Origin: Aulosira sp. ZfuVER01
Lineage (GTDB): Bacteria; Cyanobacteriota; Cyanobacteriia; Cyanobacteriales; Nostocaceae
Assembly (NCBI GenBank): GCA_034530615.2
Contig: JAVRCV020000048.1
Coordinates: forward strand, 51,366 to 115,365
DNA length: 64,000 nucleotides
Direction: 5' to 3'
Under the pieces are notes generated by a model that saw only the letters and a program-made list of their open reading frames with translations, was not told the origin of the DNA and searched no databases. The position numbers and the translations under genes are program-made. This document shows, in pieces, positions 52,838 through 63,638 of this stretch. Positions within the stretch are counted from its first letter, which is position 1, and every line of letters begins with the position of its first letter.

Positions 52838-54280
52838 ATGTTTTTGAACAGACATAAACTGCATAATCTGTTGAAAATGCCAAATACCATAGTTGCATCT
52901 CAGCTACTTAAGTCTCAATTACATGAGGCAGGTGATAAAAAAAATCGGCGAAAGTCTCCCCATGACTTTAGCTCGCAGTCTAGTTTATTGATTGCTTGTT
53001 TCCTGGGGATTGGGTTGATGACAGGAAGTTGTGTTTCATCGCAGAAGGAATCAGCCGACGCACAATCTCAAGGACCCAGTACTGCAAGACAAGGCGGTGG
53101 AGCAACACCTGTAGATGTAGCGATCACTCGTACAGAGGCTCTACAAAAACAACCAGAGTATACAGGTACTACCACACCCTTCCGCACAGTGTCAGTGCGA
53201 TCGCAAGTAGAAGCAAGGCTGTTAGCGTTGAATTTAGATGTTGGAGATCGAGTTAAGCAAGGGCAAAACATCGGCCAATTAGATGATGTCTTGCTGTTAA
53301 CAGACTTAAAGCAAGCAGAAGCAGAATTAGCATCCCTAAAATCAGAAGTAGCAAGGGCAACAAATCAGGTAAGTAATGCCCGTGCCCAAGTTGAAAGGGC
53401 GCGATTAGAACTGGTGCAAGCACAAGCAGACTCACAACGCCAGCAGCAGCTAGTCAAACAAGGTGCGATCGCTGAACAAACTGCCCAACAAGCTCGCACT
53501 GAAGCACAAACAGCCGCCCAAGCGCTACGGGCTGCGACTGAGCAAGTGCGTACAGAACAGCAAGCAGTCGCCGCCGCCCAAGGTAGAGTAGTTGCTCAAC
53601 AGGCAGTAGTTGCCCAAGCCAAAGAACGCAGATCTTACACCCGATTGACATCTCCTATCACTGGTGTCGTCACCGAAAAGGTAACAGAACCGGGCAATTT
53701 GCTCCAAGCAGGCGGTGAAGTCTTAAAAATTGCTGACTTCAATCGTGTCAAAGTTGTAGTCCAAGTTTCCGAATTAGAATTGGCACAAATTCAAGTTGGG
53801 CAATCTGTACAAGTTCGTTTAGATGCCTTTCCTAATAAAGAACTAATTGGTAGAGTGGCGCGCATTTCCCCCGCAGCTGATGCCACAGCCCGCTTGATAC
53901 CTGTAGAAGTAGTGATTCCCAACAGTGATGGCAAAATTGGTAGCGGACTGCTAGCACGAGTAAATTTTGCAACTCAGGCCGTAAAGCGAGTAGTAGTACC
54001 GCAAATAGCTATTCAGAAGCAAGCAAGGAATAAAGCCTCTTCCCAACCAACAGTAACTAAAGAAGGATCAGATGACCAAAATGGAACTGTGTTTGTCGTT
54101 ACTAATGTTGAAGGGAAAGCAAAGGTAACAGCCCGTGCTGTAACTCTTGGAAAAAGGGCTGATGGCAAAGTCGAAATTTTATCTGGTTTAAAACCAGGAG
54201 ACCGCTATGTTGTTCGCAGTAGTAAGCCGTTAAAAAATGGAGACGCAGTGCGTCTTTCAATTATTTCAGAAAAATCTTAG
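52838..54280 (+). CDS. RND efflux membrane fusion protein
   Basis: Lipoyl-like halves (VGDRVKQGQ, SPITGVV), long alpha hairpin, VEILSGLKPGD. Confidence 0.92.
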   Translation: MFLNRHKLHNLLKMPNTIVASQLLKSQLHEAGDKKNRRKSPHDFSSQSSLLIACFLGIGLMTGSCVSSQKESADAQSQGPSTARQGGGATPVDVAITRTEALQKQPEYTGTTTPFRTVSVRSQVEARLLALNLDVGDRVKQGQNIGQLDDVLLLTDLKQAEAELASLKSEVARATNQVSNARAQVERARLELVQAQADSQRQQQLVKQGAIAEQTAQQARTEAQTAAQALRAATEQVRTEQQAVAAAQGRVVAQQAVVAQAKERRSYTRLTSPITGVVTEKVTEPGNLLQAGGEVLKIADFNRVKVVVQVSELELAQIQVGQSVQVRLDAFPNKELIGRVARISPAADATARLIPVEVVIPNSDGKIGSGLLARVNFATQAVKRVVVPQIAIQKQARNKASSQPTVTKEGSDDQNGTVFVVTNVEGKAKVTARAVTLGKRADGKVEILSGLKPGDRYVVRSSKPLKNGDAVRLSIISEKS

Positions 54281-54415
54281 TCAACCCCTACGGGGAATCA
54301 TACCAAGTTGCAATTAAAGATAGTATCTGCCATTGCGACCGAAATGCAGTGAAGGCAAGCAATCTCATTATGCAACTTAGTATCAACAGTAATTTTTGAA
54401 TATTTAATTAGAAAG

Positions 54416-57400
54416 ATGCAGCAGGTAAAAAACGGCAGCGGATTTAGTATTAGCGCTATTTCCATCCGCCAGCACATTGGCACACTCATGCTCACTCTGG
54501 CGGTGATAGTGTTGGGTGTCTTTTTTATCGTCAAGCTACCAGTAGATTTACTGCCATCAATTACATATCCCCGGATTGGAGTGCGGGTACAAGCTCCCGG
54601 TGTCTCCCCAGAGGTAGCAGTTGATGAAGTGACCAAGCCCTTAGAAGAAGCGTTTTCTGCCACAGAGGGAGTAATACAGGTTTTTTCTCAAACCCGTGAA
54701 GGACAAGTCAGTTTAGATTTGTACTTCCAACCAGGGGGAAATATTGACCAAGCCTTGAATGATGCTACAGCGGCTTTTAATAGAGCCAGAAGCACATTAC
54801 CGGACACTATAGAAGAACCACGCTTATTTAAAGTCGATCCTTCCCAGTTACCGGTTTATGAATTCGCATTAACCTCACCATCTTTACAAGGCGTTGATTT
54901 GCGAGTTTTTGCCGAAGAAGAACTAGCCCGTGAACTCGGTGTTGTACCTGGAGTTGCTGGGGTAGACGTATCCGGCGGAGCGCAAGAAGAAGTCAGAGCC
55001 AATATTGATTTGGCTCGCTTGCAAGCTTTAGGTGTAGGTTTAACTGATGTCTTAGATGAACTGAGAAACCGTAACCTAGACGTTTCTGGCGGTCGAATTT
55101 TGGGGCAAAATTCGGAGCCGTTAACCCGGACTGTGGGGCGTTTTCAAAATGCTAATGAAATTAGGAATTTGTCGTTTGAGGTATCCTCTATTCCTGGTGA
55201 CACAACCACTAGTTCCCAGTCCGCAGCACCCAAGCGCCGCGTCTATTTGCGAGACTTTGCCGAAGTTATTGATGGCTCAGAACAACAACGGGTTTACGTC
55301 CAACTCAATGGAGAAGAGGCGGTAAAAGTCAGTATTCAAAAGCAGCCGGATGCCAACACAATTAACGTTGTTGATGGTGTAAAAAAACGCTTAGAAGAAC
55401 TGCGGAACTCTAATGTTGTTCCTGAAGGGACAATTCTGACGCCTACCTTAGATGAATCACGTTTTATCCGCAATTCCATCTCTAATGTTACCAGTTCCGG
55501 TTTAGTAGGAACAGCATTAGCTGCGATCGCAGTTTTACTATTTCTTGGCTCCCTAAGACAAACTTTTATCATCGTCATTGCCATTCCCTTAGCAACTCTC
55601 GCTGCGATTATCTTGATGGGGATGTTTGGCTTATCGCTCAACGTTTTCAGCTTGGGCGGTTTAGCACTGGGCGTAGGGATTGTAGTAGATAACTCCATCG
55701 TCATGTTGGAGAACATTGCCGAAGGTGCGGGGATGACTCCGGGTAAAGATACGAAAACCCGCTTGAGTCAAAGTGAACTAATTTCCCAAGCTGAACAAAG
55801 TAGCCAAGAAGTAGAATCAGCCCTAGTCGCTTCCACCAGTACCAACTTGGTCGCAGTATTGCCATTTTTGCTGATTGGTGGCTTTATCGCCTTACTCTTC
55901 AATGAGTTAATTCTCACCATCACCTTTTCTGTCGCCGCCTCAATTGTGATTGCGGTAACGGTTGTGCCAATGCTGGCTTCTCGAATGCTAGCATGGCGAT
56001 TTTCCAGCCATTTGAGCGAATTTTGGCTGCTGCAACAATTTAATCGCCGTTTTGATGCAGCTACGGGGGGATATGGTCGGTTTTTGGCTGGGATATTACG
56101 CTTGCGGTTAATTACAGTCGGACTAGTGCTGCTACTTTTCGGCGGTGGTAGTTTGTGGATGGCTCCGCAAATTCCCCAAGAAATTCTCCCCCGCATCAAT
56201 ACTGGACAAGCAAACTTAAATGCTCAATTTCCTCCTGGTACTCCTCTAGAAACTAACCGCAAAGTTATGAATGCGGTGAACGAAATTCTCCGCAACCAAC
56301 CAGAAACTGAATATGTATTTTCGACAATTGGTGGCTCTCTCTTTGGCAATACTACCAATGCTAATCCTTTACGGGGTTCTAGCAACATTACCCTCAAACA
56401 AGGTACAGATGTCGAAGCTTATACCGAACGAGTTACCCTGGAGTTTAACAAGCTGAATTTAGCAGGAATTCGCCTGCGTCTTGCCCCTGGTCAAGTCAGA
56501 GGTTTAATTCTCAGTAACTCTCCTGTACGCGGTGCAGATGTTGATGTAATTCTTCAGGGAAATAACGAAGATACACTGCAACAATCGGGTCGTCAGGTAT
56601 TAGCAGCCTTAGAAGAGCAAGTTACCCTAGCCAGATTCCGTCCCGACGCTGACGACCGTCAACCAGAAATTCAGATTCGTCCCGACTGGGAGCGAGTTGC
56701 AGCTTTAGGGCTAACTACTCAAGAGATTGGAGACACAATTCAAACTGCGATCGAAGGTAGCGTACCAACTCAACTACAACGTGGTAATCGTTTAGTAGAT
56801 GTACGAGTACAGTTAAATGAAAGCTCTGTACAAGAACCTTCGCAATTAGAAAGATTGCCTTTATTTGTAGAGAACAATCGCCAAGTCCGCTTGAGCGACG
56901 TAGCTAAAATTGTCGAAGCTCAAGCACCTGGAGAAGTTCAACGGATTAATCAACGTCAGGTTTTCTTAATAGTCGGTAACTTGAGTGAAGGTGCAAGTCT
57001 GAGTAGTGCTTTAGAGCAGGTGAATACAGTAATAAATAGTCTAAATTTACCTGAGGGTGTTAGTATTCTGCCAAGTTCGGCCGTTGAATCTAATCAACAA
57101 CTGCAAAGCTCACTACAACTTTTAGGGGGATTAGCTACCTTTTTAGTCTTCGTCGTCATGGCAGTGCAGTACAATTCCCTCGTTGATCCATTAGTGATCA
57201 TGTTTACCATCCCCTTGGCGTTAGCAGGGGGTATTTTCGGTCTTTACATTACCAAAACAGCTATTGGCGCAACTGTGATAGTTGGTGCTGTTTTATTGGT
57301 AGGTATTGTAGTAAACAACGCCATCATCATGGTCGAATTAGCAAATCAAATCCTGGAAAAGGAAGAAGTTGACCGGAAAACAGCGATTTTAAAGGCTGCG

Positions 57401-57658
57401 CCACAACGTTTGCGTCCAGTATTAATGACTACAATTACCACAGTTTTAGGGATGTTCCCCCTAGCCTTGGGAATTGGTGAAGGTTCAGAATTTTTGCAAC
57501 CCTTGGGTGTGGTGGTATTTTCGGGTTTGTCTTTAGCTACAGTGCTGACCCTGTTTATTATTCCTTGTTTTTATACTCTGCTACACGATATTTTCGATTG
57601 GGGTTGGATGAAGCCAATTTTTCTGCGACTAAATTTATTGCGGAAAAATTTTTACTAA
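54416..57658 (+). CDS. RND efflux permease (AcrB/AcrD/AcrF family)
   Basis: LPVDLLP, VTKPLEE, GIVVDNSIVMLEN, GIVVNNAI, RLRPVLMTT. Confidence 0.95.
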   Translation: MQQVKNGSGFSISAISIRQHIGTLMLTLAVIVLGVFFIVKLPVDLLPSITYPRIGVRVQAPGVSPEVAVDEVTKPLEEAFSATEGVIQVFSQTREGQVSLDLYFQPGGNIDQALNDATAAFNRARSTLPDTIEEPRLFKVDPSQLPVYEFALTSPSLQGVDLRVFAEEELARELGVVPGVAGVDVSGGAQEEVRANIDLARLQALGVGLTDVLDELRNRNLDVSGGRILGQNSEPLTRTVGRFQNANEIRNLSFEVSSIPGDTTTSSQSAAPKRRVYLRDFAEVIDGSEQQRVYVQLNGEEAVKVSIQKQPDANTINVVDGVKKRLEELRNSNVVPEGTILTPTLDESRFIRNSISNVTSSGLVGTALAAIAVLLFLGSLRQTFIIVIAIPLATLAAIILMGMFGLSLNVFSLGGLALGVGIVVDNSIVMLENIAEGAGMTPGKDTKTRLSQSELISQAEQSSQEVESALVASTSTNLVAVLPFLLIGGFIALLFNELILTITFSVAASIVIAVTVVPMLASRMLAWRFSSHLSEFWLLQQFNRRFDAATGGYGRFLAGILRLRLITVGLVLLLFGGGSLWMAPQIPQEILPRINTGQANLNAQFPPGTPLETNRKVMNAVNEILRNQPETEYVFSTIGGSLFGNTTNANPLRGSSNITLKQGTDVEAYTERVTLEFNKLNLAGIRLRLAPGQVRGLILSNSPVRGADVDVILQGNNEDTLQQSGRQVLAALEEQVTLARFRPDADDRQPEIQIRPDWERVAALGLTTQEIGDTIQTAIEGSVPTQLQRGNRLVDVRVQLNESSVQEPSQLERLPLFVENNRQVRLSDVAKIVEAQAPGEVQRINQRQVFLIVGNLSEGASLSSALEQVNTVINSLNLPEGVSILPSSAVESNQQLQSSLQLLGGLATFLVFVVMAVQYNSLVDPLVIMFTIPLALAGGIFGLYITKTAIGATVIVGAVLLVGIVVNNAIIMVELANQILEKEEVDRKTAILKAAPQRLRPVLMTTITTVLGMFPLALGIGEGSEFLQPLGVVVFSGLSLATVLTLFIIPCFYTLLHDIFDWGWMKPIFLRLNLLRKNFY

Positions 57659-57820
57659 ATCCTGATTTGGATATCAAGCCACAGATGAACAACGATATTT
57701 ATCTGTGTTCATCGGTGTTCATCTGTGGTTACTTTTTGCTTTATTCGGATTTCTGCAACTGAATAGAACGCCCAAAACTCTATCCATGAAATCTTTATGC
57801 AATCCAAAATCCAAAATGTA

Positions 57821-58813
57821 TCATGCTTTGCCACCATCCCAAATCTCTGTAACGCTATCTAATGGCAAATCAGTATTAATCAGTATAAATTTTTGCAGAT
57901 GAGAATTAGGGCGATTTAAACGGCGTGATAAAACAGCAATTAGTAACAGCCACCAAGCAACAAGAGAAAAAATCGCTGGATATACCATAGTGAGAAATAG
58001 CTTTAGCTGTCCTTGCTTCAATGCCACCAAAGACCAGTGTAGTCTGAGATAATTTTTGGTATTCTCAAACTTGGGTACATGCGATCGGTGCTTTTGATCG
58101 ACTAAAGCATAAATCTTCTCCTTCATCAAAATATTTGTCTCTAACCGTTTAAAAAGAGAAAACTTTTGATTGTAAGCACCAGTCCAAATTGTGCGGAAAG
58201 CAAGGCATTGATTTAGGAAAATAGCATCCCCAAACTGAGCAATGCGTATCCAAGAATCAATGTCATCACAGTTAGCATCAAGCTGGGAATCCCAACCACC
58301 AGTTTGCAAGAACGTGTCACGAGAGCAAGCTACTTGAACAGGTGTACCAAAAGGTACAAGCTCTAAGAGCATACCGTAATGAATATCAGCTTGGGGAATA
58401 TAAAAAGCCAACCCAGGGCCAAATTGTGTGGTACGGCTGAGTTCAACTTCATTACTATCTACCTGAGCCGCAATACAAGAACACATAACAGCATGAGGAT
58501 GAAGTGAGATAGCCTTTGCCATCTCTTCTAGACAATTAGGAGCCAAGTAGTCGTCATCATCCAAAAACTTAATCCAGTCACCGCTAGCTTTTTCAGATCC
58601 TATGTTTACCGTAGCAGCATGGCCTTTGTTCGTTTCATTGCGATGGTAAACAACAGAGTTACCTAAGCTTTTAACATAAGTTTCAGTTTCATCAGATGAA
58701 CAGTCATCAGCAACCACGACTTCACAGGGAATCGTTTGCTGAATAACTGAGTCAATTGCTCTTCGCAGTAAGTTTACGCGATTGTAAGTAGTAATAACAA
58801 CACTAAATTTCAT
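57821..58813 (-). CDS. Glycosyltransferase family 2
   Basis: SVVITTYNR, VADDCSSD, FLDDDD, GGWD..DDID. Confidence 0.9.
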   Translation of the reverse strand: MKFSVVITTYNRVNLLRRAIDSVIQQTIPCEVVVADDCSSDETETYVKSLGNSVVYHRNETNKGHAATVNIGSEKASGDWIKFLDDDDYLAPNCLEEMAKAISLHPHAVMCSCIAAQVDSNEVELSRTTQFGPGLAFYIPQADIHYGMLLELVPFGTPVQVACSRDTFLQTGGWDSQLDANCDDIDSWIRIAQFGDAIFLNQCLAFRTIWTGAYNQKFSLFKRLETNILMKEKIYALVDQKHRSHVPKFENTKNYLRLHWSLVALKQGQLKLFLTMVYPAIFSLVAWWLLLIAVLSRRLNRPNSHLQKFILINTDLPLDSVTEIWDGGKA

Positions 58814-58843
58814 AATTTTGCTAGCAATCAATAGGGGATTTAA

Positions 58844-59100
58844 ATCGCCGAATTCTTAAACTCGACTTTAGCCATTTGCACGTTTACTAGACTTCAGCAG
58901 CATTAGGGTTTGACGGAATTGTTAGGGGGTAAAACAGGATTACGGATTTTGGGTACTCCGGTTTTCATCAGAATTCTTGACCTAAAAGGGTTTTGTGGAT
59001 TTCATCCCTAAATTGCTATGATCCGCACTGCGATCGCTATTGGAGACAATGAGTATCAGAAATCTCAATTGGCTAAAGTCGAGTTAAAGAATTCGGGGAT
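58844..59100. mobile_element. MITE-like element (257 bp) with 31-bp terminal inverted repeats
   Basis: ATCGCCGAATTCTTAAACTCGACTTTAGCCA vs TGGCTAAAGTCGAGTTAAAGAATTCGGGGAT (29/31 complementary). Confidence 0.7.
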
Positions 59101-59383
59101 CTGGTCTTGAAAATTGGTTAAGCAATGTCAGTCCCATAAATCATTGCCCATTACACCAGTTATAACTCCGTAATTCAGTAACCGCTTTTACTGGTATGTG
59201 ATACTCAGTGTTATTTCTCAACAGATTGAGGATTAACTTTTGACAACAATGCTGATATAGCTTTAAGTAACAATTTTTATAGAGCGGCGCTGATGGTTGG
59301 GAAAAATCATCAATTTAAAATCACTGGACTCTCAGGCTGGAATGGATTTATGATTGATGATCGTGAGTTTTTTAAAGTAGACC

Positions 59384-59746
59384 ATGAACGCTCAAGAGAT
59401 CATCCGCTCCATTGAAGCGGAACAACTAAAATCGAATCTGCCCGAAATTTACGTTGGCGACACAGTAAAAGTCGGCGTGAAAATTAAAGAAGGTGATAAA
59501 TACCGCGTCCAACCCTACGAAGGTGTAGTAATTGCCAAACGTAATGGCGGTATCAACGAAACAATTACAGTCCGTAGAGTATTTCAAGGCGTTGGCGTAG
59601 AACGAGTATTTCTGCTGCATTCACCTCGGATTGATAGCATCAAAGTCATGCGTCGCGGTAAAGTACGACGTGCTAAACTCTACTACTTGCGCCAGCGTGT
59701 GGGTAAAGCCACCCGGATCAAGCAACGCTTTGATCGCGCTTTGTAA
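59384..59746 (+). CDS. rplS: 50S ribosomal protein L19
   Basis: [32 protein letters not shown]. Confidence 0.98.
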   Translation: MNAQEIIRSIEAEQLKSNLPEIYVGDTVKVGVKIKEGDKYRVQPYEGVVIAKRNGGINETITVRRVFQGVGVERVFLLHSPRIDSIKVMRRGKVRRAKLYYLRQRVGKATRIKQRFDRAL

Positions 59747-59896
59747 TTTACGATTACAGGTATGGGAGAAGTTTTAAACAAAAAGCGGCATCTGCCGCTG
59801 ACTTGTCTTCTAAAAAAAATTAAGGTAATATAAGATTCTGAATTGCGTTAAACTAAAATTAAGTTCAGCGCAATTACTGAATCCAAGACAGCTTGT

Positions 59897-59969
59897 GCGC
59901 TCTTAGTTCAGTTGGTAGAACGCAGGTCTCCAAAACCTGATGTCGGGGGTTCAAGTCCTCCAGGGCGCG
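59897..59969 (+). tRNA. trnW: tRNA-Trp (anticodon CCA)
   Basis: GCGCTCT/AGGGCGC acceptor, CAGGT-CTCCAAA-ACCTG anticodon arm, GGTTCAAGTCC T-loop; usual position before secE. Confidence 0.97.
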
Positions 59970-60157
59970 CTCAAAAGCAAAAAACACAGCCCGGAATAGC
60001 AAGACAGCTGCTATATTAGCGGTTAGTATTGATGATTTCGGGTATAATTATTTTGCAGCTTTTTTGCTTCCAGATTTAAGTTGGGATAGAGTCAAGCTGT
60101 AAACCTGAATCAAAATTAGCAGCGTCTAGCTGTAAAAAAAACGGGGGATAAACGGCT

Positions 60158-60379
60158 GTGTCCAAAAAAAATGAAGCGGAAATCCCAGAAAACACAAATG
60201 GGTCAGCCTTAGCTAACTTTTTTCAAGGAACTAAAGAAGAACTTGAAAAAGTTGTCTGGCCCAGTCGCAAACAACTGGTGAGCGAATCAGCAGCTGTTTT
60301 GTTAATGGTGACACTCTCTGCATCTTTGATTTATTTGGTTGATGGATTGTTTGGCTGGGCAGCAAAACAGGTGTTCTGA
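60158..60379 (+). CDS. secE: Preprotein translocase subunit SecE
   Basis: EELEKVVWPSRKQL plus a TM helix; synteny. Confidence 0.95.
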   Translation: MSKKNEAEIPENTNGSALANFFQGTKEELEKVVWPSRKQLVSESAAVLLMVTLSASLIYLVDGLFGWAAKQVF

Positions 60380-61011
60380 TGACTTTTGCAACAGAAGAAC
60401 CACGCGACTCAACATTGCAGTTAGAGGAAGCCGCAGAAGCAGCGCTCAAAGAAGCACGGTGGTATGCGGTGCAAGTAGCCTCAGGCTGTGAAAAGCGTGT
60501 TAAGACAAACTTGGAGCAGCGCATTCAAACTTTTGATGTAGCTGACAAAATTATCCAAGTCGAAATTCCGCACACGCCAGCGGTAAAAATCCGTAAAGAT
60601 GGTAGTCGCCAGCATACAGAGGAAAAGGTTTTCCCTGGTTATGTCTTGGTGCGCATGATCCTGAATGACGATACCTGGCAGGTAGTACGCAACACCTCCC
60701 ATGTGATTAATTTTGTGGGAGCAGAGCAAAAACGTGGTAGCGGTAAAGGTCGTGGACACGTCAAGCCAGTACCTTTAGGTCATTCAGAAGTTGAACGTAT
60801 ATTTAAACAGACTAGCGAACAAGAGCCAATTGTTAAAATTGACATGGCTACTGGTGATAAGATAGTCGTGCTTTCTGGGCCGTTTAAAGACTTTGAAGGC
60901 GAGGTCATTGAAGTTTCTCCAGAGCGGAGTAAGCTCAAAGCCTTGCTATCGATTTTTGGACGAGATACACCAGTAGAGTTGGAATTTAATCAGGTAGAGA
61001 AACAGAGCTAA
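60379..61011 (+). CDS. nusG: Transcription termination/antitermination factor NusG
   Basis: WYAVQVASG.E, FPGYVLV, KOW GPFKDFEG, IFGRDTPVEL. Confidence 0.98.
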   Translation: MTFATEEPRDSTLQLEEAAEAALKEARWYAVQVASGCEKRVKTNLEQRIQTFDVADKIIQVEIPHTPAVKIRKDGSRQHTEEKVFPGYVLVRMILNDDTWQVVRNTSHVINFVGAEQKRGSGKGRGHVKPVPLGHSEVERIFKQTSEQEPIVKIDMATGDKIVVLSGPFKDFEGEVIEVSPERSKLKALLSIFGRDTPVELEFNQVEKQS

Positions 61012-61017
61012 ATAAAA

Positions 61018-61443
61018 ATGGCAAAGAAAGTAGTAGCGGTCATTAAACTGGCCCTGAATGCTGGCAAAGCCAACCCAGCACCGCCAGTTGGTCCTGCTTT
61101 GGGTCAACACGGCGTTAACATCATGATGTTCTGCAAAGAGTACAACGCCAAAACAGCAGACCAAGCTGGGATGGTAATTCCTGTAGAAATTTCGGTGTTT
61201 GAAGACCGGAGTTTTACATTTGTACTCAAGACCCCACCAGCATCAGTACTAATTCGCAAGGCAGCGAAGATTGAGCGTGGCTCAAACGAACCCAACAAAA
61301 AGAAAGTTGGCAAAATTACCAGAGCGCAATTACAAGAGATTGCGCAAACTAAGCTACCCGACCTCAACGCCAATGACATAGAAGCGGCGATGAAGATTGT
61401 GGAAGGTACTGCCAAGAATATGGGCGTGACAATTGCGGATTAG
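61018..61443 (+). CDS. rplK: 50S ribosomal protein L11
   Basis: [27 protein letters not shown]. Confidence 0.98.
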   Translation: MAKKVVAVIKLALNAGKANPAPPVGPALGQHGVNIMMFCKEYNAKTADQAGMVIPVEISVFEDRSFTFVLKTPPASVLIRKAAKIERGSNEPNKKKVGKITRAQLQEIAQTKLPDLNANDIEAAMKIVEGTAKNMGVTIAD

Positions 61444-61518
61444 TCAAGAGTCCAAAGTCCAAAGTCCAAAGTCAAGTGACTTAAAACTCAAAACTCGGCA
61501 CTCATAACTAAAAATTAT

Positions 61519-61550
61519 CGGGGGAGAAGCAAAGCTTCGGAATTACCCCA
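61519..61550 (+). promoter_or_regulatory. Putative L1-binding autoregulatory mRNA structure before rplA
   Basis: GGGGGAG-AAGC-AAA-GCTT-CGGAATT-ACCCC hairpin with asymmetric internal loop, next to the rplA RBS. Confidence 0.6.
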
Positions 61551-61560
61551 GGAGATAAAA

Positions 61561-62277
61561 ATGGGAAAAAAAATATCACGCCGCTTGCAGGCATTGCAAG
61601 AAAAAGTAGAAGATAGGGATTATACACCCTTAGAGGCGCTAAATCTCCTCAAAGAAACAGCAACAGCTAAATTCCCCGAAGCCGCTGAAGCGCATATCCG
61701 GTTGGGAATTGACCCGAAGTATACAGACCAACAATTGCGGACAACGGTAGCACTGCCCAAAGGTACAGGACAAGTGGTACGGGTGGCAGTAATTGCTAGA
61801 GGTGAAAAGGTCAACGAAGCGAGTAATGCTGGTGCGGATGTCGTTGGTTCAGAAGAGCTGATTGACGAGATCCAAAAAGGTAGAATGGACTTTGACAAGC
61901 TAATTGCGACACCAGATGTGATGCCACAAGTGGCTAAGCTCGGTAAATTGCTTGGTCCTCGGGGTTTGATGCCATCACCTAAAGGTGGGACAGTCACATT
62001 TGACATAGCAAGTGCGATCGCAGAATTTAAAGCTGGTAAATTAGAATTCCGTGCTGATCGGACAGGTATTGTCCATGTTATGTTTGGTAAGGCATCCTTC
62101 TCGCCAGAAGATTTGTTAGTCAACCTGAAGGCGTTGCAAGAGACAATCGATCGCAATCGTCCTGCAGGAGCCAAAGGTCGTTATTGGCGCACAGTATACG
62201 TGTCTGCCACAATGGGGCCATCAATTAAAGTCGATATCAGTGCCCTACGGGATTTGAAACTGACCGAAGCAGCCTAA
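61561..62277 (+). CDS. rplA: 50S ribosomal protein L1
   Basis: [31 protein letters not shown]. Confidence 0.98.
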   Translation: MGKKISRRLQALQEKVEDRDYTPLEALNLLKETATAKFPEAAEAHIRLGIDPKYTDQQLRTTVALPKGTGQVVRVAVIARGEKVNEASNAGADVVGSEELIDEIQKGRMDFDKLIATPDVMPQVAKLGKLLGPRGLMPSPKGGTVTFDIASAIAEFKAGKLEFRADRTGIVHVMFGKASFSPEDLLVNLKALQETIDRNRPAGAKGRYWRTVYVSATMGPSIKVDISALRDLKLTEAA

Positions 62278-62324
62278 TCTCAGCTATTAGTCATTTGACT
62301 AATGCCAAAGGACAAAATTCAATA

Positions 62325-62475
62325 GACAAAGCCGGAGACAGCAGGAGCCATTGGCTTAAATATCCTGCCGAGGTTAAAGCTCTAAATTGCCTGAAGTACC
62401 ACCCGTAACGGAGTGATTACTATGGCAGCAAGAGTCTTGCTACTAAACCCCGGCCTCGAAAGCTGGGGTTTATTG
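62325..62475 (+). ncRNA. Ribosomal protein L10 leader (cis-regulatory RNA)
   Basis: GGAGACAGCAGG...TTAA..CCTGCCGAGG core and downstream CCCCGGC-CTCGAAA-GCTGGGG hairpin before rplJ. Confidence 0.8.
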
Positions 62476-62545
62476 TTTGGGTTGGTCAGAACAAAATGCA
62501 CAAGTAGGGAAAATCGATGATTTTGCCCTAGGAGGTGAAATAAAG

Positions 62546-63097
62546 ATGGGTAGAACTCTAGAAAACAAAAAAGAGATAGTAGCTGACCTCAAAGAAACTT
62601 TGAGTGAGTCAACTCTAGCACTGGTAATTGATTATCAGGGATTAACTGTTGCTGAAATCAGCGACTTACGGCGGCGGTTGCGTCCGAGCGGCACTGTTTG
62701 TAAGGTGACAAAGAACACCTTTATGGGCATTGCCATTCAAGATCAAGAAAAATGGCAACCACTGTCAGAACTGCTGAAAGGGTCTTCTGCCTTTTTGCTA
62801 GTTAAAGAAGATTTCTCTTCTGCAATTAAGGCTTACCAAGATTTCCAAAAAGTCACCAAGAAGACAGAACTTCGCGGTGGCGTTATGGAAGGTCGCCTGC
62901 TTAAAGAACCTGATGTCAAGGCCTTAGGAGACTTGCCATCTAAGGAGCAACTCATGGGTCAAATTGCCGGAGCTATCAACGCTTTGGCTACCAAGATTGC
63001 CGTGGGTATCAACGAAGTTCCTGGCTCACTGGCGCGTGCTTTGCAAGCGGTGGCTGATGCAGAAAAAGGCGATAGTGCTGACAGTGCTGGCGAATAG
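62546..63097 (+). CDS. rplJ: 50S ribosomal protein L10
   Basis: [36 protein letters not shown]. Confidence 0.97.
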   Translation: MGRTLENKKEIVADLKETLSESTLALVIDYQGLTVAEISDLRRRLRPSGTVCKVTKNTFMGIAIQDQEKWQPLSELLKGSSAFLLVKEDFSSAIKAYQDFQKVTKKTELRGGVMEGRLLKEPDVKALGDLPSKEQLMGQIAGAINALATKIAVGINEVPGSLARALQAVADAEKGDSADSAGE

Positions 63098-63190
63098 ACT
63101 TCGCAGTTTTTAGTCCACAGTCTAAAGTCAAAAGTCTGAAATCATGGCTGTTGACAAATAACTAAATCAAACATCATAGGAGTTATATCA

Positions 63191-63583
63191 ATGTCTGCTA
63201 CAACCGATAACATTTTGGAACAATTGAAATCTTTGACTTTGCTAGAAGCTGCTGAATTAGTCAAGCAAATTGAAGAAGCTTTTGGTGTAAGTGCCGCTGC
63301 ACCTGCTGGCGGTATGATGATGATGGCAGCTCCTGGTGCTGCTGCTGCTGCTGAACCAGTAGAAGAGAAGACCGAATTCGACGTAATTCTCGAATCCGTT
63401 CCCGCTGACAAGAAGATTGCTGTACTGAAGATTGTTCGGGAAATCACTGGTCTGGGCCTGAAAGAAGCCAAGGATTTGGTGGAAGCTGCGCCCAAGCCTG
63501 TTAAGGAAGGTATTGCTAAAGATGCTGCTGAAGACGCTAAGAAGCGCATCGAAGAAGCTGGCGGTAAGGTAACAATTAAGTAA
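63191..63583 (+). CDS. rplL: 50S ribosomal protein L7/L12
   Basis: [31 protein letters not shown]. Confidence 0.98.
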   Translation: MSATTDNILEQLKSLTLLEAAELVKQIEEAFGVSAAAPAGGMMMMAAPGAAAAAEPVEEKTEFDVILESVPADKKIAVLKIVREITGLGLKEAKDLVEAAPKPVKEGIAKDAAEDAKKRIEEAGGKVTIK

Positions 63584-63611
63584 TCAAGTTTTCATTACCT
63601 GTTGTTAATTC

Positions 63612-63638
63612 AGGAGCCTAAATTTGGCTCCTTTTTTT
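63612..63638 (+). terminator. Intrinsic terminator after rplL
   Basis: AGGAGCC-TAAATTT-GGCTCCT followed by T-run. Confidence 0.85.

Noticed and set aside
61620..62174. Long antisense ORFs (184 aa opposite rplA; others opposite rplL, rplK, gyrB and the RND permease)
   Set aside because: Codon-symmetry shadows of conserved genes without recognisable motifs.
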